Source: Kofleriaceae bacterium (GTDB lineage: Bacteria; Myxococcota_A; Polyangia; Haliangiales; Haliangiaceae). Taken from it: a DNA stretch of 16,539 nt. Within the stretch, counting starts at the first letter, position 1. Every line of letters starts with the position of its first letter. Location: NCBI GenBank assembly GCA_965215005.1, contig CBDCCZ010000056.1, positions 1 through 16,539 of the forward strand, written 5' to 3'. Below the pieces are notes generated by a model, which was given only the letters and a program-made list of their open reading frames with translations, ran no database searches and was not told the DNA's origin. Both the position numbers and the translations under genes were made by a program. Shown here one piece after another: positions 11,326 through 16,539 of the stretch.

Positions 11326-11695
11326 GGGAGCAGTTAGAGCAACCTTCAGACCAGCATGGTCGGACCGCGCAACTGCCTGAAACGGCGCAGCCACCCGTAT
11401 TCGCGGTGACGGAGATTTCACCAAAGGAGGCTAGAGGACGTGAACGTGCGGTAACGCAAGTCGTGAGCGGCTGTCGACAGTCCCCCCTGTGCAGTTCCTA
11501 CGGTACCCATGTAGGCAACGCTGCGCAGGGTTTGCAGCTCCCGCGCGCGCAATCGTTTTCCACAGTGTGAAGCGGCGGCGAGAAGCACCGCTAGAAGGGA
11601 GTGAGCTTTCGCAGATACGTCGCTCGGCGCGCCTACGATGTTCGCGTGCAACGAGAAGGCGACGTAAGGCGCGGTGCGTATTGCGGTGCGGGCAC

Positions 11696-11739
11696 CACGA
11701 GCGTGTTTGGGGCAAACACGAGCGTCTATAATGCAGCGA
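11696..11739 (+). promoter_or_regulatory. Putative leaderless sigma70-type promoter with an overlapping operator
   Basis: TATAAT at 11727-11732, 6 nt before ATG 11739, with no SD. Inverted repeat CGTGTTTG-ggg-CAAACACG (11702-11720) and direct repeat CACGAGCGT (11696, 11717) cover the -35 region. Confidence 0.55.
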
Positions 11740-13229
11740 TGCGCGGCGTAGCGAATGGCAGCTTGCTCGTCCTGATGTTCGCGAGCGGGTGCAGCTGGAT
11801 TTATGACGCCGATGCCCTGCGCGGACGCGACGGCGACGCGGGCGTCATCTCCGATGGCGCGCCCCCTCCCGATGTCAATCCCAACGCGCTTCGCATCGAC
11901 GGAATCGAGCCCGCAGAGCTTTACGAGGGCCAGGGGACCGGCCGAGCGGTTCCCATCGTGGTGTCCGGCTCGGACATCGCGCAGAACGCTCGCATCACCA
12001 TCGCCAACGCAGAGGCGCTCGGCCTCGTCGTGGGCGAGACGGTGGTGGCTCGCGACGGAACCATGGCAGCAACCACGGTAAGCATTCCGGTGCTCGAGGA
12101 GCTGCCCGCAAGCGACGCGCGCACGTTGGTGGTCACCATCGAGCAGGGCCCCACGCTCGCGAGCACGGATCTAGTCGTCCGCGGGCTCGACGAGTTGGTC
12201 GTCGACGGCAAAGTCGGCCCGGTCGCCGCGCGCTACTCGCGTATTCGCATCGCCGGAGACACGCAAGTCGACGGCGAGGTGCCGGTGCGGCTGGTTGCAA
12301 CAGCAGAGATCATCGTCGCAGCGGTTCTCGCAGTAAACGGGATTGATGGCGGGAAGCCAGGTGCCGGCGGCTGCGCCGGCGGCGCGCGCGAACAGCCAGG
12401 CGGCTGCGGCATCGGCGGCGGCACCGCCGGCGAAAGTGACGCGCTCGACAACGGCACCGGCGGCGGCGGCGGCGGCTTTGCAGCGCCAGGCAGCGGCGGC
12501 AGCGGCGGCAGAGGAGCCGGCACCGGGGGCATGACGACCGGCAACGAGATGCTCACACCGCTCATCGTCGATCCCAACGTTGCCGGCAACCGCGGCAATG
12601 GCGGCGGTGGCGGCGGTGACGGACTCCTTGGCGGCGAGGGTGGCAGCGGCGGCGGCGGCGGCGGCGTCATCGAGCTCACCAGCGAGGGAGTCTTGCGTTG
12701 CATCGGTCGCGGTCACCTCGAAGCCAACGGCGGCAACGGCACCCCGGCCTCCGGTGGCGGTGGCGGCGGCGGCAGCGGCGGCGCCATCCTAATCCGCGCA
12801 GCGCAAGGCATCGAGTCGGACTGTCCAGCCGCTCTGGCCACGGCGCTGCCAGGCGCCGGCGGCGGCACCGGCAACAACGCTGGCGGCAGCGGCTCGGTTG
12901 GGCGAATCCGCATCGACACACCTGCTGCTGAAATAAAGGAATTGGAGACCGCTCCAGCGGCACACCGTGGCCCGATGCTGGTCGAGCTACCCGCCATCAC
13001 TCGCGACTCACCGCTCGAGCTGGCGCTACAGGGCGAGGGCGGCCGCACGTACGGCGTGCGCGTAAACAACACCAACTTGGCGCCCGTCATCGCCAACGAA
13101 GACGGCGCGGCCACCATCGACGTCTCACTCGAGCCGGGCAGCAACCGCATCTGCCTACTCGTCGCCGAAGACGCCAACTTCAGCCTGGCCGAAGCCGTCA
13201 ACTGCGCCACCGTCGCGTTTCTGCCGTAG
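11739..13229 (+). CDS. Glycine-rich surface lipoprotein (about 496 aa): Ig/IPT-like N domain, polyglycine domain, Ig-like C domain
   Basis: Lipobox MRGVANGSLLVLMFASG|C. Gly runs alternate with hydrophobic strands (GGGGGGVIELT, GGGGGGSGGAILIRA, GGSGSVGRIRID). Flanking regions are beta-rich. Domain calls are by pattern only. Confidence 0.75.
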   Translation: MRGVANGSLLVLMFASGCSWIYDADALRGRDGDAGVISDGAPPPDVNPNALRIDGIEPAELYEGQGTGRAVPIVVSGSDIAQNARITIANAEALGLVVGETVVARDGTMAATTVSIPVLEELPASDARTLVVTIEQGPTLASTDLVVRGLDELVVDGKVGPVAARYSRIRIAGDTQVDGEVPVRLVATAEIIVAAVLAVNGIDGGKPGAGGCAGGAREQPGGCGIGGGTAGESDALDNGTGGGGGGFAAPGSGGSGGRGAGTGGMTTGNEMLTPLIVDPNVAGNRGNGGGGGGDGLLGGEGGSGGGGGGVIELTSEGVLRCIGRGHLEANGGNGTPASGGGGGGGSGGAILIRAAQGIESDCPAALATALPGAGGGTGNNAGGSGSVGRIRIDTPAAEIKELETAPAAHRGPMLVELPAITRDSPLELALQGEGGRTYGVRVNNTNLAPVIANEDGAATIDVSLEPGSNRICLLVAEDANFSLAEAVNCATVAFLP

Positions 13230-13246
13230 CCGCCTCGGATCGCTCC

Positions 13247-13572
13247 TTAGGGGCTTCGGTTTTCCGACCATCGTCCCTCATTTGGCGGAGAGATAGCAGT
13301 GGCTCCCGCGCGGCACACGAGACCCGCCCAGGAGGGCAAAGCGTGGGACCGCGCGCTAGGGCACAACGCCCAGCGTTCTAGGCCGACTCCAGTCGTCGAG
13401 CTGGGCGAGCAAGGCCATAAGTCGGTCTCTTCAGCGGGCCAGGTGCCGAAGAACGCGGACACGCGGACGTCACGTCCTGAGGCACGGGCTCGAAGACGAG
13501 ACGCGCTTCGTCGTCGCCTACCGTGGGCGCGATGGGCGTCGGCTTCGGGAGCTTCTTCCCTCGCTTCGTCAT
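13247..13572 (-). pseudogene. Small ORF coupled to the nucleotidyltransferase gene, interrupted by an 8-bp tandem duplication
   Basis: ATG 13572 overlaps the upstream TGA (ATGA) and has GGAGG upstream. Removing one ACGCGGAC copy (13453-13468) joins ORFs 13378..13572 and 13247..13462. Confidence 0.45.
13453..13468. repeat. 8-bp tandem duplication ACGCGGAC x2
   Basis: Read directly at 13453-13460 and 13461-13468. Confidence 0.9.
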
Positions 13573-14396
13573 GGCTTAAGCACCTCCAGTAGGTCCCCTG
13601 CGAGCGCCTCGCAGCTGACGCGCACCTGGTCCGCGTCCATCATGGGCTGGGCCGCTCGCGCCGCCATCGCTGCGCCTTCGCCCCCACGGCTGCCGAAAAG
13701 CTCGGCGAGGAGTTCCATTGCCCGCACTCCGGTCGTCGCGCTGCGGGCGTCCCCGAGGATCGACGTGAGACGGGGTGCGAGGTCTTCCATCGAGATGCCC
13801 TGCAGGATGCGGAGCACATCGAGCGCGTCCTTGTCGTTTGCCCTCGCCGAGCCGCGGCGCTCATGGATCTTAAACATCTTCGCCACGAGGAGCGCGCCGG
13901 GGCCTGCAACCTTTGCCCGGACCACGCGCGGATCGATGGAGGGCTCCAGCGAGGCGATGTCGTGCTCGGTGAGATCCACGAGGACGCCTTCGAGTCCGTC
14001 GACTTTGCGCGCGGCGTTCACACCGTGCCCGGGCAGCCGTGCTGCGCGTCGACCGGTGCCGGGGCTGACGGTCGTGGGGACCAACAGGTCCACCTGGACG
14101 TCGATGTCGAGCGACGCCGAGGTTCGGCGCCGGGTCTTCCAGATGCCGATGGCGCTGCTCGACCCGTAGAAGCCGGCACCCTTGAGCGCCTGTTCGAGGG
14201 GCGGGATCTCTGCGAGCAAGTCCGGGTCGAAGGCCAGGTCCGCGTCGGTGGTGTACTCGGCGACGCCAAGGCCAGCGTCACCGGTGTGCAGGTAGATCGC
14301 CTGTGCGCCGACGAGGATCGTGGCTTCGCGGTGCTCGCCGAGGGCGTCGAGCGCATCGAGAAGAACCCGACGCGCGATCACGTAGAGCTCATCCAC
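13569..14396 (-). CDS. Pol-beta-fold nucleotidyltransferase, AbiEii-like type IV TA toxin
   Basis: N-terminal ILVGAQA...TTDADL (GxxA...DxD) and C-terminal LLVAKMFKIHER...KDALD, typical of AbiEii-type NTases. GTG start overlaps the end of the upstream gene. Confidence 0.8.
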   Translation of the reverse strand: MDELYVIARRVLLDALDALGEHREATILVGAQAIYLHTGDAGLGVAEYTTDADLAFDPDLLAEIPPLEQALKGAGFYGSSSAIGIWKTRRRTSASLDIDVQVDLLVPTTVSPGTGRRAARLPGHGVNAARKVDGLEGVLVDLTEHDIASLEPSIDPRVVRAKVAGPGALLVAKMFKIHERRGSARANDKDALDVLRILQGISMEDLAPRLTSILGDARSATTGVRAMELLAELFGSRGGEGAAMAARAAQPMMDADQVRVSCEALAGDLLEVLKP

Positions 14397-15402
14397 GCCA
14401 TACCTTCTCGTGCTCAGCCATCCAGCCCATCAGCGACTCGGCCTCTGCGGGCGAGCGCCCAGGGCCGGAGAGAAGGTCGGCCACGACGACCGGAAGCCTA
14501 GCAGTGCGCAGCCCATCCCGGTTGTCGGCACGATCGAAGAGCGAGTCGTCCGCGGGCTGCAACAGCACGACGTTGGCTCCTGCATCCGCCGCCCGAAGCC
14601 CCAGCGCCTTGGCGACGCTCTCCGCGTCTTCGACGTAAACGGAGGCGAGGCGCGTGGGCGCCACGGGAGCGATACCAGCGGCCACCACGCTGCCGGTGAC
14701 GAGGTAGGGAATATCGGCGGCACGAAGGCTGTCCCATAGGCGCTTCAGCCCGCGCGCGGCAAGCCACGTGCTCGCGGCGGTGCGGCTCTCGAGTGGAGCC
14801 TCCTCCGCCCAGCTCAGCAGCAGCTTCCGCCAGTCGATCCGCTCCACCCGGCCGCGGCCCGTTCGATCGACGATGGCCTGGCGGTCGAGCATGCCGAGCA
14901 GGCGTGAGACGTAGCCAGGATCGGTGTCCGCAGCGGCGGCGAGCTCGCGCACCCCAAGCGGTGGCTTCGCGCATGCGAGGGCACACACGACGCGGCCGGC
15001 CTTGGTGCCGCGCAACGTGAAGCGCCGCTCCTCCGGCCAGGGGTTTGACTCGGCGCCGCTCGTCATGATGAAGAGTCCGGGTTCGTTGAGCACCAGGCGC
15101 ACGTTGCCGGTCTGGTCGACGTAGCTCGCCCCCTCATCTTCGATGGTTTCGCGGACGCGCTGCGAGAGGTAGGGAGCCGTGACGAGCAGCGGGCGCTCCT
15201 TCGGGATCTGCCTCGCCGCACGTGGATCGGGCCGCGCGAGCACCGACACCGGGAGCTCGCGTGACTGCCCCTCCTTCCAGGTGATGCGCAGCCGCGGCGT
15301 GCGACTCGACGCCGTGACGGGTTCGCTCGCCCATCCGGGGGGGAGGCGCTCCTGCAGCACGCGGGAAGCTCCGGAGATTAATCTGTTGTCTGAAATAGAC
15401 AT
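14389..15402 (-). CDS. AbiEi-like antitoxin / wHTH transcriptional regulator (start may be 15423, 15402 or GTG 15360)
   Basis: Central wHTH PLGVRELAAAADTDPGYVSRLLGMLDRQAIV; N-terminal APYLS...SYVDQTGNV and C-terminal ANVVLLQP...VVADLL..PGRSPAEAE segments recalled from AbiEi_2-type proteins; directly upstream of the NTase gene. Confidence 0.75.
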   Translation of the reverse strand: MSISDNRLISGASRVLQERLPPGWASEPVTASSRTPRLRITWKEGQSRELPVSVLARPDPRAARQIPKERPLLVTAPYLSQRVRETIEDEGASYVDQTGNVRLVLNEPGLFIMTSGAESNPWPEERRFTLRGTKAGRVVCALACAKPPLGVRELAAAADTDPGYVSRLLGMLDRQAIVDRTGRGRVERIDWRKLLLSWAEEAPLESRTAASTWLAARGLKRLWDSLRAADIPYLVTGSVVAAGIAPVAPTRLASVYVEDAESVAKALGLRAADAGANVVLLQPADDSLFDRADNRDGLRTARLPVVVADLLSGPGRSPAEAESLMGWMAEHEKVWRG

Positions 15403-15508
15403 GTTGTACGTATTGGGCAACATGGCTCAGCAAGACAACGTCGGCAACGTGTGTTGTCGACAAAAGCGTCGTTGTCCAAACTGTGCAACAGGCTATTCTG
15501 GGGCAACA
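15384..15508. promoter_or_regulatory. Operator array: two 57-bp inverted-repeat blocks with eight GTTG/CAAC half-sites
   Basis: Block 1: TGTTGTC(15384)-N11-TGTTGTA(15402)-N7-GGCAACA(15416)-N11-GACAACG(15434). After N11, block 2: TGTTGTC(15452)-N11-CGTTGTC(15470)-N7-TGCAACA(15484)-N11-GGCAACA(15502). The region is about 45% GC. Confidence 0.8.
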
Positions 15509-15576
15509 GTTTTAAAAGATTAGGTTCGCCGTGCATCTTCCAGAAGCACCTCGAACAGGCCCGAATGGACGACCGA

Positions 15577-16539
15577 TCACTCCGCGCGCAGCGCAGTCGC
15601 CGGAGGACGGCGGGCGACCCAGAGCGCCTGCGCCGCAATGGTGGCTGTCGCAAGCGCGACCGCGGCCGCGGCGACCGCGACGAAGGTGACCGGCGACAGC
15701 TCGATCCGGTAGGCGAACTGGCCGAGCCAGCGCGCGAGGTACCAGTATCCGACCGGCAGCGCGAGCAGGCTGCCGAGCGCAACGGGGCGCGCCAGCCGTG
15801 TCACCAGCAGGCCGACGACGTCGCGAACGGATGCCCCATGACGCGCCGGATTGCGATCTCTTTGCGACGCGTCTCGGTGACGAATGACGAAAGGCCGTAT
15901 AGGCCGGCGCACGCGATTAGCACGGCGATGGCCGCGAAGGCGGCAAGCAGACCCGTCCAGCGCCGGTCGCTTTGCCGGAACTCGTCCAGACGAGCGTCGA
16001 TCGGCTCGGCGACTAGCGGGACGTCCGGAACGAGAGATGCCCAGGTCGACTCGATCGCGCGCATTGTCCCCGCCGGGGCGGCAGGATCCACCTCGATCGT
16101 CAGGCGATCGAAGGCTTCGGCGTCGCGGTACAGCACTGTCGGCTCGACACCGCTGCGAATCGAAAGGAAGTGCAGATCGGGGATGACGCCGACGACGCGC
16201 GCCCTAATCGTCGACTCGGGGCCGAGGTGCAGCGTTATAACCTGGCCGATCGCGGCCTGGGCGTCGCCGAGCCCGAGCCGCGCGCGCGCCGTGTCGTTGA
16301 CGAGCACGGACGCCTCGCCGCCGGCCTTCGCCGCCGCCGCGAGGTCATCGCTCGCGTGCTCGCGCGCAAGCACGCGACCGGAGCGGGGCGCAACCCCAAG
16401 TATCTCGAGGAATCCGTAGTCGATTGTGAGACCCGCAAACATCGACGACTCGCCGCCACCGGCAGTCTCGACGAAGATGTTCGCGCCGACCGGGTCGCCG
16501 GGCGCCGCCGCGGAGCGCGCCGCCGCGACGACACCGGGC
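15577..16539 (-). CDS. MacB/FtsX-family ABC transporter permease, 3' part; 5'-truncated by the window edge, frameshift at 15834-15837
   Basis: Open from 16538 (PGVVAAARS...IDYGFLEILGV...VVGVIPDLH), then IACAGLYGLSSF..ETRRKEIAIRRVMG. One extra G restores GASVRDVVGLL...WLGQFAYRI...ARRPPATALRAE*. Confidence 0.9.

Noticed and set aside
11326..11738. RNase P RNA, SRP RNA, tmRNA, tRNA or c-di-GMP riboswitch in the spacer
   Set aside because: No signature found by eye; GGGCAAAC at 11710 is part of a palindrome and lacks the rest of the riboswitch.
11326..11738. N-terminal extensions to 11424 (-) and 11601 (+), and short spacer ORFs
   Set aside because: Lipoprotein signals begin at 11325 and 11739; the extensions look non-coding.
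12233..12703. Proline-rich minus-strand ORF and GGC microsatellites
   Set aside because: Reverse complement and codons of the Gly-rich gene.
13243..13267. Intrinsic terminator after the Gly-rich gene
   Set aside because: Only 4-bp stems (CTCC/GGGG, TCGG/CCGA); too weak to call.
15384..15508. CRISPR array or iterons
   Set aside because: Units are 7 bp in both orientations with 7-11 bp gaps, and there is no cas or rep gene; an operator fits better.
13230..15576. Transposon or integrative element carrying the TA module
   Set aside because: No transposase, integrase, terminal inverted repeats or flanking direct repeats seen.
15451..16419. 322-aa plus-strand ORF
   Set aside because: Antisense to the ABC permease and starts within the operator; no recognisable motifs.

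Overview
High-GC bacterial DNA, probably myxobacterial (inferred from gene content and a Gly-rich lipoprotein; not verifiable here). Bases 1-10846 (+) are a tightly coupled dcw cluster: an apparent murE-murF fusion running off the left edge and broken by small indels, then mraY, murD, ftsW, murG, murC, murB and ddl. No ftsQ/ftsA/ftsZ follows. Next come two divergent lipoprotein genes (LEA_2/WHy-like on -, Gly-rich surface protein on +) around a 413-bp hairpin-rich spacer. A minus-strand AbiEi-like regulator plus nucleotidyltransferase pair (type IV TA/AbiE-like) follows. It is preceded by a regular eight-half-site operator array and followed by a coupled third small ORF broken by an 8-bp tandem duplication. 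The window ends in the 3' part of a MacB/FtsX-type ABC permease (-) with a homopolymer frameshift. Several indels look like long-read sequencing errors.
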